NCBI GenBank assembly: GCA_963808235.1
Contig: CAWEEQ010000004.1
Location: 781,084 to 845,083 of the forward strand
From: an uncultured delta proteobacterium
Lineage (GTDB): Bacteria > Desulfobacterota > Binatia > Binatales > Binataceae
Length of the DNA stretch: 64,000 bases
Direction: 5' to 3'
The position numbers and the translations under genes were made by a program. The notes below the pieces were generated by a model that was not told where the DNA came from, did no database searches, and saw only the letters and a program-made list of their open reading frames with translations. This document shows, piece after piece, positions 36,394 through 45,139 of this stretch. Within the stretch, counting starts at the first letter, position 1. Each line of letters opens with the position of its first letter.

Positions 36394-37254
36394 ATGAGTA
36401 GATACTTTCAGGCAATGGAACGCCGCAAGAACGGAATGGTTCCGTTAACTGATTCCAGGATAGGTGATGCGAGAATCGCTGATTCCAACTTCGCTGATTC
36501 GAAGGTCGTTGAGTCGAAGATCATCGATTCCAAGATCATCGAGACCAAGACCAAGCCGTTCTCACACTCACAGGCTGTAGCGCGAACTCAGCCGATGGCG
36601 CTTCCGTCTGTTTCGGAGCCGCAAGGGTTGCTCGATACGCTCGCATGCTGCCATTCGATGCGCAGCTTGAGCGAGCAGCTGGCGGCGGCGAGCGCGCACA
36701 ATGGCCCTGCGCGAATACTCATGACCGGATGCCGGCCGGGCGACGGCGTATCCACCGTGGCTGCGGCGATGGCGCTCGACATAAGTCAGCGCCTGGCGGC
36801 GCGGACAGTGCTGGTAGAAGGACAGCCGCGAGTCACGATGATGCATCCGTTCTTCGCGCGCTCTTGCGCGCCAACTCCCGCGACGATCACGAGCGCGTCG
36901 ATCGCCGTGCAAGGAACCGGATATCCGCGGCTCGAGACGGCGCGGCCGGAGCAGTTGGCGCTAGCGGACCAACCGGCACGGCTGGTGGAAGATCTGGACG
37001 AATTACTTATGCGCTATCGCCTGGCGGTTATAGATCTCGGCGTAGTGCGTTTGGACCCACGAATGTTAGCGCTGGCGCGGCCCACCGATCCGATCCTGAT
37101 TGTGGCCCGACATCTGCATACAGATCGAGCGGAAATGATCGCGACGGCAAACATCCTGCGCTCTACCGGACATCCCGTAGCTGGGGTGATTCTGAATGGA
37201 TACAAGTCGCCGTTGCCATCGCTGGTTCGCCGCCTTGTTGGAATGGAGGAATAA
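36394..37254 (+). CDS. BY-kinase/MinD-like P-loop protein with degenerate Walker motifs
   Basis: ARILMTGCRPGDGVSTVAAAMALDISQ aligns to the S..PGEGKST Walker A of CpsD/EpsG-type kinases, but the Lys is replaced by Val. The A' box DxD is replaced (VLVEGQPR). There is no C-terminal Tyr cluster. Confidence 0.6.
   Translation: MSRYFQAMERRKNGMVPLTDSRIGDARIADSNFADSKVVESKIIDSKIIETKTKPFSHSQAVARTQPMALPSVSEPQGLLDTLACCHSMRSLSEQLAAASAHNGPARILMTGCRPGDGVSTVAAAMALDISQRLAARTVLVEGQPRVTMMHPFFARSCAPTPATITSASIAVQGTGYPRLETARPEQLALADQPARLVEDLDELLMRYRLAVIDLGVVRLDPRMLALARPTDPILIVARHLHTDRAEMIATANILRSTGHPVAGVILNGYKSPLPSLVRRLVGMEE
36451..36555 (+). repeat. 7 x 15-bp in-frame tandem repeat (pentapeptide DSKII-type)
   Basis: gattccaggataggt / gatgcgagaatcgct / gattccaacttcgct / gattcgaaggtcgtt / gagtcgaagatcatc / gattccaagatcatc / gagaccaagaccaag encodes DSRIG DARIA DSNFA DSKVV ESKII DSKII ETKTK. 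Confidence 0.9.
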
Positions 37255-37257
37255 GCA

Positions 37258-38379
37258 ATGGAAGATCTTATCTCGCACAATGGTACTCTAGCCGGTTCAC
37301 ACAACGGCATTCACGCGCCATCAAGTGTGCCTACCTACTCAACTCGGCGCCAAATGCGCGGGATTGCGATTGTTGGGCTCGGCTACTGGGGGCCCAACTG
37401 GGTGAGAAATTTTTCCCAGATACAGGGAATCGACCATGTCGTGTGCTGTGACTTCAGCCGCCCGCGGCTCGATCACATCAAGGGACGTTACCCATCGGTA
37501 GTCATTACCGACCAGCTAGACCGGGTGCTCACCGATCCCGCGATCGACGCGGTCGTAGTTGCTACGCCGGTTAACACTCACTTTGAGATAGCAAGTCGAT
37601 GCCTGAAGGCAGGTAAGTCGACGCTGGTCGAGAAGCCACTGGCTACCTCATGCGACCAGGCAGAGCTTCTAATAAAGATGGCGCGCGAGCGCGATCTGAC
37701 GCTTATGGCGGGCCACACCTTCGAGTACAGCGCGCCGGTGGTGAAGATTCGCGAGCTGATCGACAGCGGCGAGCTCGGCGATATTTTCTACATCAGCTCG
37801 GTGCGCGCGAATCTCGGGCTCTTTCGCCGCGACGTCAACGTGGCCTGGGATCTGGCTACGCACGACATCTCGATCATCCTGATGCTGCTGGGCGAGATGC
37901 CGCTTGAGGTGACTTGCCAGGGCGAGAGCCACTATCACGATCACGTCGAAGACGTTGCGCTGCTCACGCTTCGCTTTGCCAACAACGTGATCGCTTTCGT
38001 GCACGTTAGCTGGCTCGATCCGAACAAGATTCGGCGCACAACTATAGTAGGTTCGCGCAAGATGCTGGTGTACGACGACACGGCGTTGCAGGAAAAAGTC
38101 CGCGTCTACGATAAGGGCGTCACCAAGCATCCTTACTACGACACTTATGGAGACTTTCAGCTTTCATATCGTTACGGCGACGTGAATATCCCGCGGATCG
38201 ACGACCCGGAGCCGCTCAAGGTGGAATGCGATCACTTTATTGAATGCATCAAGAGCGGGATTGCACCGAACAGCGACGGACTGAGCGGACTTAGAGTAGT
38301 GAAGGTGCTGGAAGCAGCCGACCGTTCGCTCAAGAGTCACGGAAGGCCGATAGCGCTTACTCCAACCAGGGTGAACTAG
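37258..38379 (+). CDS. Gfo/Idh/MocA-family sugar-nucleotide oxidoreductase (WbpB-like)
   Basis: IAIVGLGYWGPNWVRN Rossmann start, EKPLA motif, GGAGG RBS. Confidence 0.8.
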   Translation: MEDLISHNGTLAGSHNGIHAPSSVPTYSTRRQMRGIAIVGLGYWGPNWVRNFSQIQGIDHVVCCDFSRPRLDHIKGRYPSVVITDQLDRVLTDPAIDAVVVATPVNTHFEIASRCLKAGKSTLVEKPLATSCDQAELLIKMARERDLTLMAGHTFEYSAPVVKIRELIDSGELGDIFYISSVRANLGLFRRDVNVAWDLATHDISIILMLLGEMPLEVTCQGESHYHDHVEDVALLTLRFANNVIAFVHVSWLDPNKIRRTTIVGSRKMLVYDDTALQEKVRVYDKGVTKHPYYDTYGDFQLSYRYGDVNIPRIDDPEPLKVECDHFIECIKSGIAPNSDGLSGLRVVKVLEAADRSLKSHGRPIALTPTRVN

Positions 38380-38423
38380 CACACACCACTTAGATGTAGC
38401 ACTGAAAGAATGTGAGAACTGAG

Positions 38424-38924
38424 ATGTCACCGCACGAACTACCACCCAACGTATGCGCCTCGGCCGACGTGATCCTGGGCGAGGAGGTCCAATTAGCACC
38501 TTTCGTAAATCTATACGGATGCAGCGTCGGAGACGCGTCGCGAATCGGCGCCTTCGTGGAAGTTCAGCGCGACGCGCACATCGGCAAGCGCTGCAAGATA
38601 TCGAGTCACACTTTCATTTGTTCCGGCGTCACTATTGAAGATGAGGTTTTCATCGGTCACGGGGTGCTGTTCATCAACGATCGGCATCCACGCGCGACCA
38701 ACCCCGACGGCACCTCCAAGACCCCGGACGATTGGGTGATGGAGCGCACTTACGTGCGGCGCGGCGCCTCGATTGGGAGCGGTGCGATCATCATGTGCGG
38801 CGTCGAGATTGGCGCGAGATCGATGGTCGCAGCCGGTGCGCTAGTGACCAGTGACGTTCCCGCGCGAGCAACTGTCCTAGGTATACCGGCACGTCTATAT
38901 ACCGGCCAGCGCCGGTCCGCATAG
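38424..38924 (+). CDS. left-handed beta-helix N-acetyltransferase (WbpD-like)
   Basis: Hexapeptide repeats IGAFVEV...IGKRCKI...IGHGVLF...IGSGAIIMCGVEIG...; a GTG at 38412 is an alternative start. Confidence 0.78.
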   Translation: MSPHELPPNVCASADVILGEEVQLAPFVNLYGCSVGDASRIGAFVEVQRDAHIGKRCKISSHTFICSGVTIEDEVFIGHGVLFINDRHPRATNPDGTSKTPDDWVMERTYVRRGASIGSGAIIMCGVEIGARSMVAAGALVTSDVPARATVLGIPARLYTGQRRSA

Positions 38925-38941
38925 ATCAGGAGTCGAACGAG

Positions 38942-40078
38942 ATGCCAATCAAATTTTTGGACCTCGCGGCACAGAACCGCGAAATCATGCCACAAGTCGA
39001 GCGCGGCTTCGCGGAAATCCACGAGAAGACTTCGTACGTTGGAGGCCCACAGGTGGCGGCGTTCGAAGAGGAATTTGCGAACTTCCTGGGCGCCCGCCAG
39101 GTGATCAGCGTGGCGAGCGGGACCGACGCGCTAAGACTCGCGCTGCTCGCGATCGGAATCGGGCCGGGCGACGAAGTGATCACGACTCCGATGACGTTCA
39201 TCGCGACTGCCGAAGCGATCGTGCAGACCGGCGCGCGGCCCTCGTTTGTGGATATCGATCCGAACACCGGAAATATGAGTGTTCCGGAAATCTCGCGCTA
39301 CCTCGAGCGGGGACGCTTCACAGCGCCCAACGGCCCGCGCGCGATCGTCCCGGTTCATCTCTACGGAATGCCGGCGCCGATGATCGAAATGCGCGATCTC
39401 GCGCAGGCGTGCAACCTTAAACTGATCGAGGACGCATGCCAGGCGCATGGCGCGCGCATCACTCACGACGGCCAATCGCAATATGCCGGCACGATCGGCG
39501 CGGCCGGTTGCTTCAGTTTTTATCCCGGTAAGAATCTGGGCGCGTGGGGCGAAGGCGGGGCCGTGGCGACCAATGACGAGGAGCTGGCGGCGCAGATCCG
39601 TACGTTACGCGACCACGGACGCCTTTCGCACTACGCGCACAGTGCATATGGATACAATGCGCGGCTCGACACGATGCAGGCGGCGGTACTCCGTCCGAAG
39701 CTCGAGCGCCTGGCGGAGTGGAATGCACGACGCCGGCACTTCGCGGCGCTTTATCGTGAAACTCTGCCTCACGAGGTGGAGCTGCTGTCCGAGCCCGAGG
39801 GTATCGAGTCGTGCTACCACCTGTTCGTCATCCGCAGCGAGCGGCGAGACGCGATCAGAACCGCGCTGCTGCAAAACCAGATCGAGTGCGGGATCCATTA
39901 CCCGGTTCCGCTTCATCTACAGCCGGCATGCCGCGACCTCGGATATGCGCAAGGAGATTTTCCGCACGCCGAGACGATGGCTGACACCGTGCTGTCATTG
40001 CCGATGCATCCCTTTCTGACCGAGCGCGAAGTTAAGACGGTCAGCCAGGCAGTCAAGCGCGCATTAACCACAGGTTGA
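38942..40078 (+). CDS. DegT/DnrJ/EryC1/StrS-family sugar aminotransferase (WbpE-like)
   Basis: 378 aa; SGTDALRLAL, FIATAEAI, SFYPGKNLGAWGEGGAV (PLP-Lys region). Confidence 0.88.
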   Translation: MPIKFLDLAAQNREIMPQVERGFAEIHEKTSYVGGPQVAAFEEEFANFLGARQVISVASGTDALRLALLAIGIGPGDEVITTPMTFIATAEAIVQTGARPSFVDIDPNTGNMSVPEISRYLERGRFTAPNGPRAIVPVHLYGMPAPMIEMRDLAQACNLKLIEDACQAHGARITHDGQSQYAGTIGAAGCFSFYPGKNLGAWGEGGAVATNDEELAAQIRTLRDHGRLSHYAHSAYGYNARLDTMQAAVLRPKLERLAEWNARRRHFAALYRETLPHEVELLSEPEGIESCYHLFVIRSERRDAIRTALLQNQIECGIHYPVPLHLQPACRDLGYAQGDFPHAETMADTVLSLPMHPFLTEREVKTVSQAVKRALTTG

Positions 40079-40085
40079 TAATGTT

Positions 40086-41600
40086 GTGTTAGGCGGGGAA
40101 TTACAGCGTCAGAAGGCGCTACTTGCGGCCACCGACGCGCTAGCAGTCGTCGGCGCGTGTGCACTGTCGCAAGCCATCAGGAACCACGATTTATACCCCC
40201 TGGACCCAGGCAACTGGGGCGAGGCGCTGGCGGGCATGGCGATGCTGGGTGTGATCTGGATACTGGTCGCGCGCGCGGTCGGGCTGTATCGAAACGGGCG
40301 GCGGCACGAAGTCAAGTCGATCGTGAAGGCGAGTTGCGCGGCGTGGTTCACGATGGTGTCGATCAGCTTTTTCCTGCATCTGGCGCCATCGCGGCTGGTG
40401 GTAGGCATCGGACTGGCGCTGACGATTGGTTTTGTCGTAACGGCGCGGATGCTGGTCCGCCGCTGCATCAAGTTTTTTTATTCGCGCCCCGAGTTCGCGG
40501 TGCCGCTGGTCATCGTTGGGGTCAATTCGTTCGGTGTTTACCTGCGTGATCGAATCAAGGAAGAGCTCACGCAGTACGAATTCCTGGGCTTTGTAGATGA
40601 AAACCCGGTCCCGCTCGCATCCAACGGTGTGAACGGGCACAGCGGCACCAACGGACACGACGACGCGAATCGGCACAACGGGCATTCCAAAACGAACGGA
40701 CATTTTGGATCGACCGGGCTCGCCACTCCGGCGCCGGTAATCGGAAGCCTCGAACGCATCGCGAGTCTCGCAATCGTACATCCCAACCTTGAGGCGGTGA
40801 TAGTTCTTCCCGAGCGCGACCACAGCCAGGTCGAGCGTATCATTAAGCTTTGCGAGCGTTATCGAGTTCGCTGGCGGATGATGCCGCGAGTTGCGGAATC
40901 GATGGCTCTGACGGTGGAGATGGTCGGCGCGATTCCGCTGATTGGGCCTCCGGGATCGAACATCGAAGGGCTCAACTGCGTGGTAAAGCGCGGCTTCGAT
41001 GTCGTGGTGGCGAGCCTCCTGCTGCTGCTTGCGTCGCCGCTCTTGATGTTCGCGGCGATTGCGATCTGGCTCACCGACGGACATCCGTTGCTGTTTCGCC
41101 AGACCAGGGTCGGTATCCACGGCACGCCGTTCGAACTGCTGAAATTTCGCACGATGCGCACCGAGTGCTCCGACACGGTGCATCGCGAGTACGTCAAAGA
41201 ATGGATTCAGCGCAATGCGGCCGAGGGGTCGGAGCCCAACGGCGCCAAGGTTTATAAGATCGGCAGCGATCCGCGGATTACGCCGATCGGACGATGGCTG
41301 CGGCGCTTCAGCATCGACGAGCTGCCGCAACTGATCAACGTCCTTTACGGGAACATGAGTCTCATCGGACCGCGGCCCGCGATGCCGTACGAGCTCGAGC
41401 TGTACCAGGAATGGCATCGGCATCGGCTCGACGCGCCGCCGGGAATCACCGGGCTGTGGCAGGTCAGCGGACGCAATCGTCTGTCGTTCGACGAAATGGT
41501 GCAGCTCGACATCGAATATATCGAAGACTGGTCGCTCGCGGGCGACATGGGAATCCTGCTGCGGACGCTGCCCGCGATGCTGCAAGGGAATGGAATGTGA
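40086..41600 (+). CDS. polyprenyl-phosphate glycosyl-phosphotransferase (WbaP/EpsB-type priming sugar transferase)
   Basis: N-terminal TM helices and a central nucleotide-binding-like domain. C-terminal Bac_transf core: KRGFDVVVASLLLLLASPLL...LKFRTM...DPRITPIGRWLRRFSIDELPQLINVL.GNMSLIGPRP. Confidence 0.88.
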   Translation: MLGGELQRQKALLAATDALAVVGACALSQAIRNHDLYPLDPGNWGEALAGMAMLGVIWILVARAVGLYRNGRRHEVKSIVKASCAAWFTMVSISFFLHLAPSRLVVGIGLALTIGFVVTARMLVRRCIKFFYSRPEFAVPLVIVGVNSFGVYLRDRIKEELTQYEFLGFVDENPVPLASNGVNGHSGTNGHDDANRHNGHSKTNGHFGSTGLATPAPVIGSLERIASLAIVHPNLEAVIVLPERDHSQVERIIKLCERYRVRWRMMPRVAESMALTVEMVGAIPLIGPPGSNIEGLNCVVKRGFDVVVASLLLLLASPLLMFAAIAIWLTDGHPLLFRQTRVGIHGTPFELLKFRTMRTECSDTVHREYVKEWIQRNAAEGSEPNGAKVYKIGSDPRITPIGRWLRRFSIDELPQLINVLYGNMSLIGPRPAMPYELELYQEWHRHRLDAPPGITGLWQVSGRNRLSFDEMVQLDIEYIEDWSLAGDMGILLRTLPAMLQGNGM

Positions 41601-43114
41601 TGGCGGCGCCGGGTGACATCAGCTCCGTAGCGAACGTCGAGGGTTGGCATTCGCCGGCCTTCGCGCGGGGCGTGCGTGACAACGTTATTGGCGAGGTCGG
41701 TCTGCAGGCAGTGCGGATCGGCGGATTGGTGGTGCTCGCGCGCGCGCTGGCGCCTTCGGACTTCGGACTGTTCAGAGTCCTGATCACGATTAGCGCAATC
41801 ATAATGATGGTCAATGATTTGGCGATGCCCGACACGCTCGTGCAGCGCCAGGAGCTCAGCAGCGCGCACGAGAGCTCTGCGTGGTGGGCGACGATCGCGG
41901 TATCGGCGTTGAGCTGCGCGGTGATCTACCTGGTCGCACCGTTGATTGCGCAAGCGATGGCGATGCCGACGATTACGGGCGCGCTGCGCCTGCTATGCAT
42001 CCCGATTCTGCTCGAAGGCTCGGTGACCGTACCGATCGCGAGGCTCACGCGCAAATTGCAATTCCGCACCCTTGCGATCGCCGAGGTCGTTGGCGAGCTG
42101 GCGTTCCTGGGCGTTGCGATCGCGCTGCTCGTGATGGGTCATCCTAGACTGAGCCTGGTCGGTGGCCTGTGTGCGCGGATGGGCGCGCATGCACTGCTTC
42201 TCTGGTGCGCTGAGCCGTACATCCCGCGAGTAGGACCAAGCCGCAAGGCGCTGCTCGAGCTGCGAGGCTTCGCGAGTGGCGCGATGGGCGGCCAAATCTT
42301 TCACGCGATTTCCTGCAACATCGACTACCTGCTGGTGGGACGCACGCTCGGAAGTTCCGCGCTTGGGTTTTACGGGATGGCGTGGGACCTGCTTCGTTTC
42401 GTTCCCGACCGGCTCTACAAAATCGCTGGCCGCGTGACGGTTCCCGCGTTCGCCCGCATGCAACATCAGCCCGAGCAACTGCGGCGCGCCTACTTGAGCT
42501 TTCTCGATTACATGTGCCGGCTGATCGTGCCGCCGCTCGTATGTATTGCGATCGCGGCGCCCGAACTGTTGCGCCAGATTTACGGACCGCAGTGGATTGC
42601 GGCCGCGCTTCCGCTGCGCATCCTGAGCTTCGGAATAATTACTATCGGGCTACGTTCGGGAATGGGCGCGGTTTTCTATTCGCTGGGACGCCCGGTATTC
42701 GAAATGTATCTGTATGCTATCCGATTCGTGCTGATCGCAGTAGCGGTGTTGGTCTCGGCATCGAGTGGATTGCTGTGGGTCTGCGCCGCTGTCAGCGCGG
42801 TCGAGGGCGCGTGCACCGTTATCGGCCAGCTGGCCGCATGCCGCCTGCTGGACGTCGGCCTCGTAAAAGTATCGCGCGCGCTCATTTCCGGATTCACGAC
42901 TGCGGCAGGCTGCGCGGCTGCGACCGTAGGCGGCAGAATGCTGGCGAACAATCTCGGTATCGGCGGCCTGTTGGAACTGTCGATGATGGTTGCGCTTCCG
43001 GCGCTCGCGTTCCTTCTAATCGAAGCTCGCACCGTTCGCGAGATGCTCAGCAGCGCGCTCGGCTCCGTAAGCGTCGACAGTCCACTTCCCGAAACCGGCC
43101 AGGAGCGGGCCTAG
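41600..43114 (+). CDS. polysaccharide flippase (Wzx/MOP-family lipopolysaccharide biosynthesis protein)
   Basis: About 504 aa with about 12 TM helices. The ATG at 41600 overlaps the preceding TGA. The ORF track's extension to 41294 lies inside the previous gene. Confidence 0.75.
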   Translation: MAAPGDISSVANVEGWHSPAFARGVRDNVIGEVGLQAVRIGGLVVLARALAPSDFGLFRVLITISAIIMMVNDLAMPDTLVQRQELSSAHESSAWWATIAVSALSCAVIYLVAPLIAQAMAMPTITGALRLLCIPILLEGSVTVPIARLTRKLQFRTLAIAEVVGELAFLGVAIALLVMGHPRLSLVGGLCARMGAHALLLWCAEPYIPRVGPSRKALLELRGFASGAMGGQIFHAISCNIDYLLVGRTLGSSALGFYGMAWDLLRFVPDRLYKIAGRVTVPAFARMQHQPEQLRRAYLSFLDYMCRLIVPPLVCIAIAAPELLRQIYGPQWIAAALPLRILSFGIITIGLRSGMGAVFYSLGRPVFEMYLYAIRFVLIAVAVLVSASSGLLWVCAAVSAVEGACTVIGQLAACRLLDVGLVKVSRALISGFTTAAGCAAATVGGRMLANNLGIGGLLELSMMVALPALAFLLIEARTVREMLSSALGSVSVDSPLPETGQERA

Positions 43115-43115
43115 C

Positions 43116-44291
43116 ATGGCGCGAGTACTAATAATCGCGTACACGGCCTACGCGCGCGACGGACGCGTCAAGCGGCAGGCCGAAGCATTGACCAGCCGCG
43201 GCGATCGGGTTGACGCGATCTGCCTTGCCGACGGCAATGTCGCCGACACGCACGGAGTCAACGTCACCGGACTCAGGCTTCCGCGCTATCGTGGCGCAAG
43301 CAGAATTAACTACCTGCGAAGCTATATAAACTTCTTCGCCCGCGCGGCTGCGCTTGCGGTTCGACGCAGCATGAAGGAGCGCTACGATATAGTGATCGCC
43401 TGTACGATGCCCGATGCGGCAATACTAAGTGCATTACCATGTCGGTTGTTTGGATCGAAGTTAGTACTCGATGTCCACGATACCATGCCGGAGCTGTATC
43501 TCGACAAGTTTGGCGGCCGGCTGGGGCGAATCGGCGCGCGGATGCTGATGCTTCAGGAGCGCTTGAGCGCGCGACTCGCGGACCAGGTGCTGGCAGTGCA
43601 CGATTTGCACGCTGAACGCCTGCATCAATCCGGGATACCGGAACGCAAGCTGGTGGTGATTACCAACTCGCCCGATCCGCGAATTTTCCCGGTCGCGGAT
43701 TCGAATCAGCCGCGCCGAATCCGGCCGAACGATGAACCATTTTCGATCATCTGCCATGGAACAATTACCCGCAGGCTCGGGCTGGATACTGCTCTGGCGG
43801 CGTTAGCCCTGCTGCACGAGCGATTTCCTCTCATCCGGCTCAAGGTTATAGGCGCCGGCGATCATTTGAACGAGGTCAAGACTCTCAGCCGGCAACTCGG
43901 CGTCGAGTCCGCGGTCAGTTTCGAACCTCCAGTTCCGATTCAGGAACTGGCCTGCAAAATCGGCGAGGCTCACGTCGGACTGGTTCCCAACCATGCCTCG
44001 AGCGCGACGCATCTGATGCTGCCGGTCAAGCTGCTTGAATATGTGGCGGTCGGAATCCCGGTGATATGTGCTCGTTTACGAACCGTCGAGCATTACTTCG
44101 ACGAAAGATCGGTGCGTTATTTTTCTCCGAACAACGCATCGCAACTGGCGCACGCGATCGAGGATTTGTACCTCGATCCGGCGCTACGAGATAGCCTTTC
44201 GAATTCCGCGGCAAAAGTGGTTAAGAGCTTCAGCTGGCCCGTCCATAGCCAGCGCTTCTGCAATGCGGTCGATTCGCTACTCAACGTTTAG
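43116..44291 (+). CDS. glycosyltransferase family 4 (GT-B)
   Basis: 391 aa; MARVLIIAYTAYARDGRVKRQAEAL N-terminus; C-terminal E..G.P region (LLEYVAVGIPVICAR). Confidence 0.8.
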   Translation: MARVLIIAYTAYARDGRVKRQAEALTSRGDRVDAICLADGNVADTHGVNVTGLRLPRYRGASRINYLRSYINFFARAAALAVRRSMKERYDIVIACTMPDAAILSALPCRLFGSKLVLDVHDTMPELYLDKFGGRLGRIGARMLMLQERLSARLADQVLAVHDLHAERLHQSGIPERKLVVITNSPDPRIFPVADSNQPRRIRPNDEPFSIICHGTITRRLGLDTALAALALLHERFPLIRLKVIGAGDHLNEVKTLSRQLGVESAVSFEPPVPIQELACKIGEAHVGLVPNHASSATHLMLPVKLLEYVAVGIPVICARLRTVEHYFDERSVRYFSPNNASQLAHAIEDLYLDPALRDSLSNSAAKVVKSFSWPVHSQRFCNAVDSLLNV

Positions 44292-44304
44292 GAGGAGTTA
44301 TCAA

Positions 44305-45120
44305 GTGCGCAGCGCAATACCATTGGTAGTAGGCTTGGGCGAAGTCGGAAGCGCCTTGTCGCAAGTGCTGAAGGGCGACGGCCGGCGCATCCTCGAGCAC
44401 GACATCGAAAGACGCGAGTTCGACGAACCGATCAGCGTGATGCATCTGTGTTTTCCATTCACCCGGCAGGATGCTTTCGAAGCTATCGCGCTTTCCTATA
44501 TCAAGCGGTTCAAGCCGGAACTGACTATCATCAACAGCACTGTAGTTCCCGGAACCAGCCGGTCGATAGCTGAAAAAGCGTCGGCGCCGGTTGCCTATAG
44601 TCCGGTGCGCGGCAAACACATCCGAATGGCGCAGGACCTGCTGAAGTACCGCAAGTTCGTCGCTGGCACCGATGATGAGACCACGAATCGAGCTGTCGAG
44701 CATTTTCGCGAAGCCGGAATGACTACTCAGTGCATTAGCAAGTTGGAGACTCTCGAGCTTGCCAAGCTCGGTGAGACTACCTACTTCGGCGTGCTGATCG
44801 CCTTCGCACAGGAGCTCAACCGTTACGCTAATCGGGTCGATGCTGACTATGTGGAAGCGCTGGACCTGTTCGAGGAAGTCGATTTTCTGCCGCCCACGAA
44901 ATACTACCCGGGCTTCATCGGCGGTCACTGTGTGATTCCAAATATACAATTGCTGCGCACGATTGCGTCGTCGCCACTGCTCGAGGCGGTCCTCGAATCC
45001 AACCGGATGCGCGCGGGCGAGTTGGCCAACGAAGCCAAGATGGCCCTCACGCCCGAACTCAAGCCGGGCGCTGCCGCCAACGGACACAAAACGGAGTCGC
45101 AGGCTCAGCTGCGTCGCTGA
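44305..45120 (+). CDS. short NAD-binding protein related to UDP-glucose/GDP-mannose dehydrogenases
   Basis: GTG start with AGGAGG 9 nt upstream; VVGLGEVG Rossmann; LELAKLGETTYFGVLIAFAQELN and GFIGGHCVIPN resemble the central domain and catalytic Cys. The C-terminal UDP-binding domain is missing. Confidence 0.45.
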   Translation: MRSAIPLVVGLGEVGSALSQVLKGDGRRILEHDIERREFDEPISVMHLCFPFTRQDAFEAIALSYIKRFKPELTIINSTVVPGTSRSIAEKASAPVAYSPVRGKHIRMAQDLLKYRKFVAGTDDETTNRAVEHFREAGMTTQCISKLETLELAKLGETTYFGVLIAFAQELNRYANRVDADYVEALDLFEEVDFLPPTKYYPGFIGGHCVIPNIQLLRTIASSPLLEAVLESNRMRAGELANEAKMALTPELKPGAAANGHKTESQAQLRR

Positions 45121-45139
45121 CGGCAGCCAAGAAGTGAAA

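Noticed and set aside
41294-41599. N-terminal 100-aa extension of the flippase ORF in the track
   Set aside because: The extension lies entirely inside the sugar-transferase gene in another frame and is Arg-rich. The ATG at 41600 overlapping the upstream TGA gives a normal Wzx-like N-terminus. The same logic was applied to 34717, 44068, 44963, 46459 and 58014.
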